Positions 19,519-27,878 of a DNA stretch of 63,561 nucleotides are shown here, one piece after another. The stretch covers positions 1-63,561 of the forward strand of contig CAZEBF010000002.1 of NCBI GenBank assembly GCA_964510235.1, written 5' to 3'. Made by a program: the position numbers and the translations under genes. Under the pieces are notes generated by a model. The model was not told where the DNA came from, did no database searches, and saw only the letters and a program-made list of their open reading frames with translations. Within the stretch, counting starts at the first letter, position 1, and every line of letters begins with the position of its first letter. The stretch is from an uncultured Candidatus Saccharibacteria bacterium. Its GTDB lineage: Bacteria > Patescibacteriota > Saccharimonadia > Saccharimonadales > CAYUUR01.

Positions 19519-19623
19519 GGTTTTGGTCTCTCTTTTTACCAATAAGTGTCTATTGGATACACTTACCCTCAAGCTAACATGATTACTAGTTCAAGTCAAA
19601 ACTATATCAAGTTTTCTGTGGAT

Positions 19624-19656
19624 AAAAAAGGGCCCTCCGGCATGACCAGTGGGCTC
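19624..19656 (-). terminator. intrinsic terminator after rplL
   Basis: GC-rich hairpin (GAGCCC...GGGCCC) followed by TTTTTT on the minus strand. Confidence 0.65.
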
Positions 19657-19674
19657 TTTTGGTGAGAACAATGC

Positions 19675-20055
19675 TTAGGCGAGTTCGACAGTTGCGCCAG
19701 CTTCTTCCAAAGTTTTCTTAGCGTTTTCTGCGTCTTCTTTCTTAGCCTTTTCAAGAACTGGCTTAGGAGCGCCATCAACAACTGCTTTAGCTTCACCAAG
19801 ACCGAGGCCGGTGATGTCTTTAACAGCTTTGATAACAGCTACCTTTTGAGCGCCCGCATCTTTCAAGATAACGTCGTATTCGCTCTTCTCTTCTGCTGCA
19901 CCAGCGTCAGCGTCGCCACCAGCCGGAGCTGCTACTGCAACTGCTGCAGCTGCAGGTTCGATGCCGTATTCATCCTTGAGGATGGTGGCAAGTTCGTTTA
20001 CTTCTAGAACGCTCAGGTTAACGAGCTGTTCTGCAAATTTCTTTAGATCTGCCAT
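19675..20055 (-). CDS. rplL: 50S ribosomal protein L7/L12
   Basis: 126 aa. Ala-rich hinge and conserved C-terminal domain ([24 protein letters not shown]). Confidence 0.97.
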   Translation of the reverse strand: MADLKKFAEQLVNLSVLEVNELATILKDEYGIEPAAAAVAVAAPAGGDADAGAAEEKSEYDVILKDAGAQKVAVIKAVKDITGLGLGEAKAVVDGAPKPVLEKAKKEDAENAKKTLEEAGATVELA

Positions 20056-20072
20056 TAGATTGTCCCTTTCGA

Positions 20073-20597
20073 TTAGTTTCCGGCCTTAGCAGCAACTGCG
20101 TCTAGTAGACCATGCAGGTTGCCTTTGAGACCACTCATTACATTGTTAACTGGGCTATTGAGGGTATTGATAATACCAGCAATAAGCTCGTTCTTGCTTG
20201 GCAGCATTGCCAAGGCTTTGACTTCATCAGCAGTCATGAAGATTCCTTCAGCGCTGATTGCACCAACAAACGTTAATGTTGGCTGTTTCTTCGCGAACGT
20301 AGCAATGGTTTTTGCTGGTGCGACTTCATCGTTAGGATTGAAGGCGTACAGCAGCATTCCTTTGAGTTCGCTAACATCAGTGTCTTTGAAGGTGTCGCTA
20401 CTTTGTAATGCTTTGATGACAAGGCGGTTTTTAATCACCTTCATGGTTGTACCGTTTTCGCGGCCATCACGGCGGAGGCTTTGCATTGCCTTCACTGGAG
20501 TGCCTTGGTAAGCGGTGACCACAGTCATCTTAGAATTACTTAGTAGGTCAGCAAGTTCAGAGACAACTTCGTTCTTCTTTGCTTTTGTTAAAGCCAT
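20073..20597 (-). CDS. rplJ: 50S ribosomal protein L10
   Basis: 174 aa, uL10 pattern, immediately upstream of rplL. Confidence 0.95.
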   Translation of the reverse strand: MALTKAKKNEVVSELADLLSNSKMTVVTAYQGTPVKAMQSLRRDGRENGTTMKVIKNRLVIKALQSSDTFKDTDVSELKGMLLYAFNPNDEVAPAKTIATFAKKQPTLTFVGAISAEGIFMTADEVKALAMLPSKNELIAGIINTLNSPVNNVMSGLKGNLHGLLDAVAAKAGN

Positions 20598-20807
20598 ACG
20601 TGGTTACTCCGTTTATTTATATCGACCTGTTTTTAAGGAGCGTTACCGACTAAAAAAGTCCTTGAGCGTAATGCCAAAGACTCTTTACTCGAATACAAAA
20701 TAAGATTTTGTGCCTCGGCGACATTATTAAGGACTTTTGCAAGTTCCCGTCGCTGTCTTTGGTAACTGCGTGCTATTCTATCAAATAACAGGGTGAGGGT
20801 CAACAGA

Positions 20808-21896
20808 TTACTTGGATGCGGCAACTTGTTGGACATATTGCTTTAAGACATCATAGTACTGGTTAAGCGATGACTCACTGATCCACTCATTGTCACTGTG
20901 GGCACCACCACCTATTGGACGCATGATTATTGTTGGGATGTGCTTTCGTGCAAAGAAACGACCATCACTGGCACCAAGTGAGAGACGGCTCTTAATCGAC
21001 TGATCAGTTGTTTTAGCTGCGATATCAGAAAATGCCTTAACAAGTGGGTGCTCCAAATCTGTATGCATAGGTTCTATGAACACTGGCATCTCTATTTCAC
21101 AGTCATACTGAACGGCAATTTTCTGAAGCTGGGCGTGGACTGCTTCATAATCTGACATGCTCATAAAGCGGATATCCAGACTAACATAGGCTGTTTCTGG
21201 AATCTGATTCATAGCTGTATCGGCAGTCATTTGCGTAATTGCAACAGTGACGCCATCTGGCTTGCCGGTATCGAGCTTCTGCATCTCATGCACAGCATTG
21301 ATGACTTTTTGACTGGCGTTATCACCTTCCCATGGTCGTGAGCCATGCGCTGTTATGCCTTTTGCAGTGACTACAGCAAGACAGGCACCCTTGGCGCGCT
21401 CCTCAATTTCCCAGTTATCGCCACCATCAGGGAGTACACAGACATCTGTTTGGTAGTCTTGGTCAAGTACATAGCGTACACCGTCTTGACCGCCAATTTC
21501 TTCATCGCTGGTTAGCATTAGTGCAAAATTGTATGTTTGTGAGTCATTGGTAAGTTCATCGAGTAACTTCAGATAACAAGCGACAGCAAACTTCATGTCG
21601 TACACACCGCGGCCATACAACTTGTCGCCATCAGCCACTAATCTATACAGGTCATCTCGTGCTTTAACGACGTCAATATGAGCCTGTAAGGTTACAGTGG
21701 GTTTCTCAGACATACGGCTACGAACCACAAGACTTGGGAAATCGTTACTAACATATTCGGTAGTGTGATATCCACGTTGGTCTGCAAAATATTTAACAAA
21801 ACTCAACAGTTCAGCGGTGGCATCATACTGACCGCTCTCTGTTTGGAAAGCAACTAGATCGGCAAGTAAGTCACGGAGTGATAGTTGTTTTGGCAT
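20808..21896 (-). CDS. M20 family metallopeptidase (ArgE/DapE-like)
   Basis: HIDVV, GRGVYDMK, SDEEIGG and HGS motifs. Start uncertain: M at 21896 or 21935; the ORF is open to 22031. Confidence 0.8.
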   Translation of the reverse strand: MPKQLSLRDLLADLVAFQTESGQYDATAELLSFVKYFADQRGYHTTEYVSNDFPSLVVRSRMSEKPTVTLQAHIDVVKARDDLYRLVADGDKLYGRGVYDMKFAVACYLKLLDELTNDSQTYNFALMLTSDEEIGGQDGVRYVLDQDYQTDVCVLPDGGDNWEIEERAKGACLAVVTAKGITAHGSRPWEGDNASQKVINAVHEMQKLDTGKPDGVTVAITQMTADTAMNQIPETAYVSLDIRFMSMSDYEAVHAQLQKIAVQYDCEIEMPVFIEPMHTDLEHPLVKAFSDIAAKTTDQSIKSRLSLGASDGRFFARKHIPTIIMRPIGGGAHSDNEWISESSLNQYYDVLKQYVQQVAASK

Positions 21897-21924
21897 GGAA
21901 GGTATTGTATCAATTCTTGGCTTT

Positions 21925-23538
21925 TTAACGGGCATTTCTGAGCAAATAAGCAGCAAACGATCGTAATCGGTCTTGTGTACCGTCGCGTAAGACATCGGCT
22001 TCGCTAGTGTTAGGTCGCTGACTAGCAGCATCGGCGCGCGCGATCATCCACTGTGCGGGCGTGCCCAGGCCAGTATAGTAGTAGCCATGCAAACTAGGTA
22101 GACCTTGCTCATCACGATGCTTCGCCATGGCCTGTTCGGTCGTGTCGTACGGAGACAAGCTTTTGTGTAAGTTACGTAGCGTGTTTTTACTAAGTCTGTC
22201 TGGGTTGCCATCTTGTGCAAGTCGAATAATATCTCTGAATTGATTCCAGACTGTCGTTTTATTGCCCATACCATCTGTAACGACGGCTTCTGCGCCGTCA
22301 TACGCAATGGCTATGCTGTTTTGATGGGCATTTTCGAGCTGGCGTACGGCGTACTCTGTTTTGTCATATGATGGACCAAACAGTCCCGGGAAATCAGTAT
22401 GCAGTTCTGCTAAGCCTTGCTCGCCTAATGCAGCAACTTTCTCGAACCGATCAACTAAAGCACGTACCAGATCGCTGTAGGCAATCAAAGTCGGCAAACG
22501 CATAGCGCTTGTGTCCTTGACGCACAGTTCTAGACGACCAGGGTGATCCAGATTATCTGGCGAAGGCGGGTCGTAACGATTACGAACATCTGCGTGTGAG
22601 CCAATGTGTCGTGATGGACTCGTAATCAAGCCATCTCGCATCTGTTGGTGGGCGTGCAACAATGCCTCTTCTAAATTGTCGTGAACAACGCGCACACCAA
22701 CACCGCCGTTGGCTGATGCTGTGTAACGTGTCAGGTAACGAACTGATTGTGGTTGCCGACCATCATAAGCCAGCAGTTCATCAGCGCCAAGCTGCTCACC
22801 CATTCGAGGTGTCTTTTCACCATAGGCAAACGGAGCGGCCAGCAACCCAACATTGAGATACGGCGCCAGTGGCCGAATCAGTCGGCTGATGGTAGGTAAA
22901 TTGCCAACATGAGCATCGTAATGCTCGTGTATCCCGTTGCCAATGAACTTCATGATGTCATCACCCAGGATATTGACCATGGTTTGTACATAAGGATTTG
23001 GAGTGGCATCCTGACGAGTAGGCACGGCATGCATGAACGCAGAGGCTGGATCAAAGTACGCGCCATGACCACGGAGGGTATATGACATGTCTTCGATTTT
23101 TCTACCAAGTGCTCTGTACGTTCGCTCTGCATCAGTAAATGGGCCTGCGTCAGTTTCATAGGTGGTTCGAAGTAGCTCTGGGTGTTCTTCTTGCTCGATT
23201 GTCAGTGGAGTACCGCCGGGATACAGGTCGAAAGGGTTACCTTCCCTGTCGTACGTGTTTAACTCGGCTTCAGCGCCTTGCAAACGTCCAGACCCAACAG
23301 CGTATGGCTCTGCTAGCACGGAACTTACTAGTGGCACTGTATCGGCACAATAGATCGCAGTATCTTGCCACTGGTCTTCGCCAGGTCGGTACTTAGGGTG
23401 CTTCACACCTATCAGTGTTGCGGTGCCGTTATTGACAACCCATAAACCTGGTGCCGGCCATTCTGCCTCACCGGAGTACGGAACAACCTCACCGTGAGGT
23501 ATGTACTGCTCGCCTAGTTCTACTGCTTTAGCACTCAT
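21925..23538 (-). CDS. carboxylate-amine ligase, glutamate-cysteine ligase family 2 (YbdK-like) with N-terminal extension
   Basis: 537 aa. Ordered motifs GAEAELN, GNGIHEHYDAHVG, AAPFAYGE and SHADVRN...GRLELCVKD parallel the YbdK motifs GIELE, FGQHVHVG, ASSP and HWDIRPS..VEVRVMD. Confidence 0.55.
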   Translation of the reverse strand: MSAKAVELGEQYIPHGEVVPYSGEAEWPAPGLWVVNNGTATLIGVKHPKYRPGEDQWQDTAIYCADTVPLVSSVLAEPYAVGSGRLQGAEAELNTYDREGNPFDLYPGGTPLTIEQEEHPELLRTTYETDAGPFTDAERTYRALGRKIEDMSYTLRGHGAYFDPASAFMHAVPTRQDATPNPYVQTMVNILGDDIMKFIGNGIHEHYDAHVGNLPTISRLIRPLAPYLNVGLLAAPFAYGEKTPRMGEQLGADELLAYDGRQPQSVRYLTRYTASANGGVGVRVVHDNLEEALLHAHQQMRDGLITSPSRHIGSHADVRNRYDPPSPDNLDHPGRLELCVKDTSAMRLPTLIAYSDLVRALVDRFEKVAALGEQGLAELHTDFPGLFGPSYDKTEYAVRQLENAHQNSIAIAYDGAEAVVTDGMGNKTTVWNQFRDIIRLAQDGNPDRLSKNTLRNLHKSLSPYDTTEQAMAKHRDEQGLPSLHGYYYTGLGTPAQWMIARADAASQRPNTSEADVLRDGTQDRLRSFAAYLLRNAR

Positions 23539-23559
23539 AATTTACAGATAACTCCTATC

Positions 23560-23588
23560 AAAAAAACCGAGCCCCTCGGTAGCTCGGT
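23560..23588 (-). terminator. intrinsic terminator / attenuator directly upstream of the ligase SD
   Basis: Minus strand reads ACCGAGC-loop-GCTCGGT then TTTTTTT. It is followed within 25 nt by ATAGGAG and the ATG of ORF 21925-23538. Confidence 0.7.
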
Positions 23589-23614
23589 TGTAAGGTGAAT
23601 TTTTGGTAACAGCC

Positions 23615-23671
23615 TTAGCCAAGCTCCTTTGAGCCCTCAAGAATGAGACCAAAAAACACTTTTACATTCAT
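23615..23671 (-). CDS. candidate micro-ORF (18 aa, MNVKVFFGLILEGSKELG)
   Basis: ATG lies 9 nt after the -10 box TAAAAT. The ORF ends before the terminator hairpin. Confidence 0.2.
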   Translation of the reverse strand: MNVKVFFGLILEGSKELG

Positions 23672-23679
23672 AAGACAGT

Positions 23680-23707
23680 ATTTTAGTACTTTTTCCTCCA
23701 GTGTCAA
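23680..23707 (-). promoter_or_regulatory. sigma70-like promoter
   Basis: Minus strand: TTGACA (23707-23702), 16 nt spacer, TAAAAT (23685-23680). Confidence 0.5.
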
Positions 23708-23712
23708 GCAGT

Positions 23713-23898
23713 TTATGCTATGAGATTGGCCCGCTCAACAGATGGGACACCAGGTATACATGGTGTATCCTGGTCTTCGCCGCTAACGTAATGTATCGCA
23801 ACTGCCGTATTGACACTGACTTCTGCTATTGCCTGCCGTGATCGATTGTTGCTTTCTATTTCTGTACTTCTTTGTGCTATTCGTTCAAATGTGGTCAT
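23713..23898 (-). CDS. hypothetical small protein (61 aa)
   Basis: Strong SD (AGAGGAGGAATC then ATG). No motif recognised. Confidence 0.55.
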   Translation of the reverse strand: MTTFERIAQRSTEIESNNRSRQAIAEVSVNTAVAIHYVSGEDQDTPCIPGVPSVERANLIA

Positions 23899-23915
23899 GA
23901 TTCCTCCTCTTGAAT

Positions 23916-23940
23916 TAAAAAACCGAGCATGAAGCCCGGT
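23916..23940 (-). terminator. intrinsic terminator / attenuator directly upstream of the 61-aa ORF SD
   Basis: Minus strand reads ACCGGGC-TTCAT-GCTCGGT then TTTTTT, followed by AATTCAAGAGGAGGAATCATG. Confidence 0.65.
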
Positions 23941-23963
23941 TATCTGGAGGCTGTGCTAGACGC

Positions 23964-24047
23964 TTAGTGCGTACGGGCTCCAATACTGAAGCACAGCCTG
24001 TTAAGGCCGAGGAGGAGTCGTAGCTTTGCATTCATGTTGAAATTCAT
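23964..24047 (-). CDS. candidate leaderless micro-ORF (27 aa, MNFNMNAKLRLLLGLNRLCFSIGARTH)
   Basis: The A of the ATG is 7 nt after the last base of the -10 box TACAAT. The ORF runs into the long hairpin GGCTGTGCT...AGCACAGCC. Confidence 0.25.
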   Translation of the reverse strand: MNFNMNAKLRLLLGLNRLCFSIGARTH

Positions 24048-24053
24048 GTGTTG

Positions 24054-24103
24054 ATTGTAGCATACGCAAAAACGTTGACAAGCTGCCTCAATGGGCGTAC
24101 AGT
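24054..24103. promoter_or_regulatory. back-to-back divergent sigma70-like promoters sharing overlapping -35 boxes
   Basis: Plus strand: TTGACA (24075-24080), 17 nt spacer, TACAGT (24098-24103). Minus strand: TTGTCA (24081-24076), 16 nt spacer, TACAAT (24059-24054). Confidence 0.6.
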
Positions 24104-24114
24104 CCGTATCCGTA

Positions 24115-24189
24115 ATGACTAGTTACTCCTACATTATTGCCAAGATCACTGCCTGCGCACACCGCGTAGTGCTTGTGATGCCGCAATAA
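24115..24189 (+). CDS. candidate micro-ORF (24 aa, MTSYSYIIAKITACAHRVVLVMPQ)
   Basis: ATG lies 12 nt after the -10 box. The ORF lies inside a long imperfect rod hairpin (AATGACT...AGTCATT, ACTCC...GGAGT, TTATTGC...GCAATAA). Confidence 0.2.
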   Translation: MTSYSYIIAKITACAHRVVLVMPQ

Positions 24190-24238
24190 ACCAGGAGTCC
24201 TTCCAGTCATTCACTAAATAACAAAGCAAGCAAACAAA

Positions 24239-24270
24239 CCGGACTCCAACAGCAGGAGGCCGGTTTTTTT
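24239..24270 (+). terminator. intrinsic terminator / attenuator
   Basis: CCGGACTCC-loop-GGAGGCCGG then TTTTTTT, followed by AAAGGAAATACA and the ATG at 24283. Confidence 0.7.
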
Positions 24271-24282
24271 AAAGGAAATACA

Positions 24283-24396
24283 ATGGAATCACCATACTTC
24301 AATCTCAGCGATTCAGAACAAACTGTCATGACACATGAGATGGCAGTGGTGATTGCATTGTCAGAAGTTAACGCGCCTGTGGTTGCAGGTAGCTGA
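24283..24396 (+). CDS. hypothetical small protein (37 aa, MESPYFNLSDSEQ...)
   Basis: ATG preceded by AAAGGA. Below the ORF-track length cutoff. Confidence 0.3.
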   Translation: MESPYFNLSDSEQTVMTHEMAVVIALSEVNAPVVAGS

Positions 24397-24408
24397 AATC
24401 GGCGTAAA

Positions 24409-24717
24409 ATGAATGACGGAAATCATATGAGTATTGCAGAAACCCAGTCACCAGAACAAGCACCTCGGACCATTGCTGATGGTGTAGAGCTCGCAGGCTT
24501 GTTATACCTAGATCCTGAAGTTGTCGTTAAAGAGATGCAATTAGTTGGAGTCCATGTTTTGTACGATGAAACCACACACGCAACTGGTATTGAAAGGGTC
24601 TTTGCTATTCTTGATCATATAGGGCCGTTGCAAAGTCTGGTATCGGTGTATATGAACGAGGAAGAAGCTGTCTTTCATGACAGAGAACTTAACCCACGGC
24701 CTACCCAAGGTTCTTGA
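24409..24717 (+). CDS. hypothetical acidic protein
   Basis: 102-aa ORF. Its 3' end overlaps the convergent tmk-thyX gene by 17 nt. No motif recognised. Confidence 0.4.
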   Translation: MNDGNHMSIAETQSPEQAPRTIADGVELAGLLYLDPEVVVKEMQLVGVHVLYDETTHATGIERVFAILDHIGPLQSLVSVYMNEEEAVFHDRELNPRPTQGS

Positions 24718-27031
24718 GTTTATACTGCGTGTAGCGTTCAGCTGCCAGTCTAGATAGCTCTTCATCCTCGCCTTTATTCACAAAAATCATAGCATCGGCC
24801 ATTAGTGGATGAACTTGGGCGAGCTTTTCATGCATTTCTTGCACGAGTTTTCTATAACCAGGGTGACCTTGTGGTGAAGTTCGTAGTTCATGCAGATGGA
24901 ATGCTTCACGGGCATTGTAGGTCATCTTGCAGCGCATACGGTGCCCCAACAGCGTGGCATACTGAGCTTCTAGCTCATAGCCTGCAGCCTGCAGTTTACT
25001 GTGTAGTTCGAGTGAGAGATCAAAACAGCGTTCAAAGTCATCACTCAGGCCGGCTTCCTCCACTAATGCCGGTACTTCATAGCCATAGCGTGGTGTCAGT
25101 TGTTGCCAGTTCATGTCATCAACCATGCGATGTCTTTGGATGTCACGGAAAATACCGTAATCACACAACAAATCCCAACTATAGTGTGGTTTTTCGAAAG
25201 CACGTCCTGGTTTGTGACGCCTGTTCAATCTTTCGCCAATGGCAGTCTTGAATGCTTGATGCTTCTTGTTATAGTCCCAGCCTTCTACTTCGGCACGGAT
25301 TTCTTGTAGCGGTAAGCTGCTATGTTCGTAGAGGATATCGGCCACGATGTCGATTTCGTTGCGTGGCCAAAAATCTGTTAAGGTCACGGCATCTGTTGGT
25401 GTGCTATAAGAAGCGGGTAGCTCAGCTTTAGCTAGTTTTTGCACGGCTGAAAAGGTGTTGGCACGGTACGCAATGGCTGCTCCACCTCGGTCTGGCCGGT
25501 CGGCACGTTCCAAAAATGTTGGTATAACTTTACGGGCTTCTCTGAGAATATCTTGGCCGGCCTGCCGAGCCTCAGGCAAATCGTCACTCAATAAATGCAT
25601 AATTAGCGACTCAACGGCCTGACCAGATGCGTAAATACCGACAGTAGATTGGGTTGCCACAGGTAGTACCGCGCGAATTGCGTCGCAAGCTTGTGCACGT
25701 ACTGCGCTACGCCAGGCACCGTCACGTTCGTTTTCTGGTGTGGTTGATGTTTTGCTGATGTGATCAGTCAAACCATGGACCATTTTAGAGTAGAGGTTGA
25801 ATATAGCGTTCATACGTCCGCAGTAGAGGTCTTTGGTGGCTTCGTCAAAGTGACTCGGTACATGGTACTTATAGGAGCCATCGGCTTTCTTTTGATCAAA
25901 ATAGATATAACGAGTTGATTGTTCCAGGTATGCAGCCAACCTGCCCCACTCCAGCTTTTTTGTAAGTAGATTTGAGGCGTTTTCGACTACCAGGTGCATT
26001 CCAACGAGCTGTTGGACCGAATCATCACCATAGGCGGTTATAACACGCTGCAGTAGCTTCTCATCCTTCCCTTGCTTACCTGTAAACTCATCAAGTATCG
26101 TTACACGCATATCATCACCGCGCCTGCTAAGACGGGCCATGGCGGCAGCAATGGTCAGTGGACTCAGGGTGTCTTTAAACGCGTACACGTCACCGTTAGC
26201 ATTGGTAACGGCTTCATCCAGGAATGCCTGTCCCGACACAGTAACCACATAATAGCCGTTATTATCTTTGCTAAGGTAGGGGTTGGTAGCAGTAGTGTGT
26301 ACTGGTGGTGTAGCCGCTGTATTTTTTGGGACAGTACTGAGCAAAGGCTTTATGTTTTTCCAGAGTTTACTATGTACATCTTCAATGCTGAGTAGCTTCT
26401 GGCCCTTAATACAGTCAACTGTTGTGTAGTCTTTAGGGAACAAGCTGCTCATCTCATCAAAAACTTCGACTGATTTGCGCAAGTGGTCAATGTCAGCCTC
26501 GTGAATATCGCGCTGACTTTCGGTATATTGTCGCTTCGGCTTTTTATCAACTAGCTGCTGTGCAATATCGGCCGGAACGCGCAGAATAAAGTTCATATCT
26601 GGTCGTGGCACTCCCAACATTTGATGTTCGAGTGTATCTAACCAGATAAAATAGCCACGCCGTTCTTCTGCGTGCTGCAGTTTAGCGCCCTGGTGCGCCA
26701 TGCTTGATCCTGTAAACCGATTAGCTAAGACTATCTTGCCATCACTTAGTGCTTGTTGAATCTGTACAGAAGCGTGAAAACGGTCTAAGGCATAGAACAG
26801 TGAGCCGGTATAGGCACTTACTTCTGCATTACCGCCGTACTTACCGTTCAGATATTCTCGTACGAAGTAACTTGAAGATTCATCGTACTGCGGGAAGTCG
26901 AAGCTTGCTACTTGATAGCCTTCACGCTGTAAGCGTTCTGCGAGCAAACTACACTGTGTTGCTTTACCAGACCCGTCTGAGCCTTCAATGACAATAAACA
27001 AGCCCTGGTGCGTGCTAGTGTTAGCTGTCAT
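24701..27031 (-). CDS. tmk-thyX: fusion protein: dTMP kinase (N-terminal) + FAD-dependent thymidylate synthase ThyX (tandem ThyX-like domains)
   Basis: 776 aa. Tmk P-loop FIVIEGSDGSGKATQ plus lid region. C-terminal ThyX signature FRDIQRHRMV and ...ELRTSPQGHPGYR. The central domain is ThyX-like (EQSTRY) but lacks RHR. Confidence 0.8.
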   Translation of the reverse strand: MTANTSTHQGLFIVIEGSDGSGKATQCSLLAERLQREGYQVASFDFPQYDESSSYFVREYLNGKYGGNAEVSAYTGSLFYALDRFHASVQIQQALSDGKIVLANRFTGSSMAHQGAKLQHAEERRGYFIWLDTLEHQMLGVPRPDMNFILRVPADIAQQLVDKKPKRQYTESQRDIHEADIDHLRKSVEVFDEMSSLFPKDYTTVDCIKGQKLLSIEDVHSKLWKNIKPLLSTVPKNTAATPPVHTTATNPYLSKDNNGYYVVTVSGQAFLDEAVTNANGDVYAFKDTLSPLTIAAAMARLSRRGDDMRVTILDEFTGKQGKDEKLLQRVITAYGDDSVQQLVGMHLVVENASNLLTKKLEWGRLAAYLEQSTRYIYFDQKKADGSYKYHVPSHFDEATKDLYCGRMNAIFNLYSKMVHGLTDHISKTSTTPENERDGAWRSAVRAQACDAIRAVLPVATQSTVGIYASGQAVESLIMHLLSDDLPEARQAGQDILREARKVIPTFLERADRPDRGGAAIAYRANTFSAVQKLAKAELPASYSTPTDAVTLTDFWPRNEIDIVADILYEHSSLPLQEIRAEVEGWDYNKKHQAFKTAIGERLNRRHKPGRAFEKPHYSWDLLCDYGIFRDIQRHRMVDDMNWQQLTPRYGYEVPALVEEAGLSDDFERCFDLSLELHSKLQAAGYELEAQYATLLGHRMRCKMTYNAREAFHLHELRTSPQGHPGYRKLVQEMHEKLAQVHPLMADAMIFVNKGEDEELSRLAAERYTQYKLKNLG

Positions 27032-27741
27032 CGTGCTTTTAAACCTTGTATCTCATCTGGCAGACGACGATTGTCGTTGAAGGCTCGCGGTAGCATCATT
27101 TCTGGTGTCCAGTCATTGATGAGCTGATCAAGTTCCGTCCCCGACTGGTACTTGCCACTAAAACCGCCGTCACGACCCTGACCGTAATTACCCTCTACCT
27201 CGCCCGTTTCATGAAAGATAATTTGTGCGATACGTTCTCCAACTGGCAAAAGAACAGTTTCATGCTCATTTAAGTTAAAAATTTCTAAAGTCAGGCGGTT
27301 TATATAGCCAGGATCAATCCATCCGGCATCAAAACAGACTGCCACACCATTCCTGCCCCAGCTTGAGCGTGCCTTCACTTCAGCAGCCCCAGGTGGCTTT
27401 ATACCAAAGAACTCATGTGTATGTGCCAGAATTCGTTCACCTGGTTTGAGCGGGATGACTGGGTGATCTGCCGGAATGCCGTCAAGTAGTCTGACGCCAT
27501 TTTTGCTGCACCAATCTCTGTGAGTTATGGCTTGCTGTGCTTCGCCAAAGTACCGCTTTACATCCTTCTCAGAGAAAGGATTATAGATATAGCCACGATG
27601 TGACTGGTTGGTATGGTAGTAATAAAAGCCGAGCGTCACGTCAAGACTGGCATGACTGAGCTGTTGATCATAAAAAGGCGTACACACTATATGTCCGTCA
27701 CTCAGTGCTGCTCTTATTTGCTTGTTACTATAAACTCCCAT
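27028..27741 (-). CDS. dcd: dCTP deaminase family protein
   Basis: Start at MGVYSNKQI, preceded by GGAGGG. SSWGRNG...DAGWIDPGY...TLEIFN matches dCTP deaminase/dUTPase fold motifs. Overlaps tmk-thyX by 4 nt. Confidence 0.8.
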   Translation of the reverse strand: MGVYSNKQIRAALSDGHIVCTPFYDQQLSHASLDVTLGFYYYHTNQSHRGYIYNPFSEKDVKRYFGEAQQAITHRDWCSKNGVRLLDGIPADHPVIPLKPGERILAHTHEFFGIKPPGAAEVKARSSWGRNGVAVCFDAGWIDPGYINRLTLEIFNLNEHETVLLPVGERIAQIIFHETGEVEGNYGQGRDGGFSGKYQSGTELDQLINDWTPEMMLPRAFNDNRRLPDEIQGLKAR

Positions 27742-27829
27742 GACCCTCCGTCCTGCAGATAGTGTACGTTCCGTCAAATACCTGAGCAAGCATAAGCGCA
27801 CAAATTACAACCTATTTAATACAACATAT

Positions 27830-27857
27830 CAAAAAACAGCCCCATGTATGGAGCTGT
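27830..27857 (-). terminator. intrinsic terminator after rplA
   Basis: Minus strand reads ACAGCTCC-loop-GGGGCTGT then TTTTTT. Confidence 0.7.
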
Positions 27858-27878
27858 TTTATGGGTATACTTTTTGTT

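Noticed and set aside
20598-20807. L10 (rplJ) autoregulatory leader
   Set aside because: A 210-nt untranslated region upstream of rplJ fits by position. I could not recognise the conserved L10-leader fold by eye, so it is not reported as a feature.
21925-23898. Pup/PafA-like protein-tagging pair (small disordered protein + carboxylate-amine ligase)
   Set aside because: The 61-aa protein ends in ...RANLIA, not GGQ/GGE. The ligase motif order fits GCS2/YbdK rather than PafA/Dop (no GIETEFG...GSHPEY...CHENY order).
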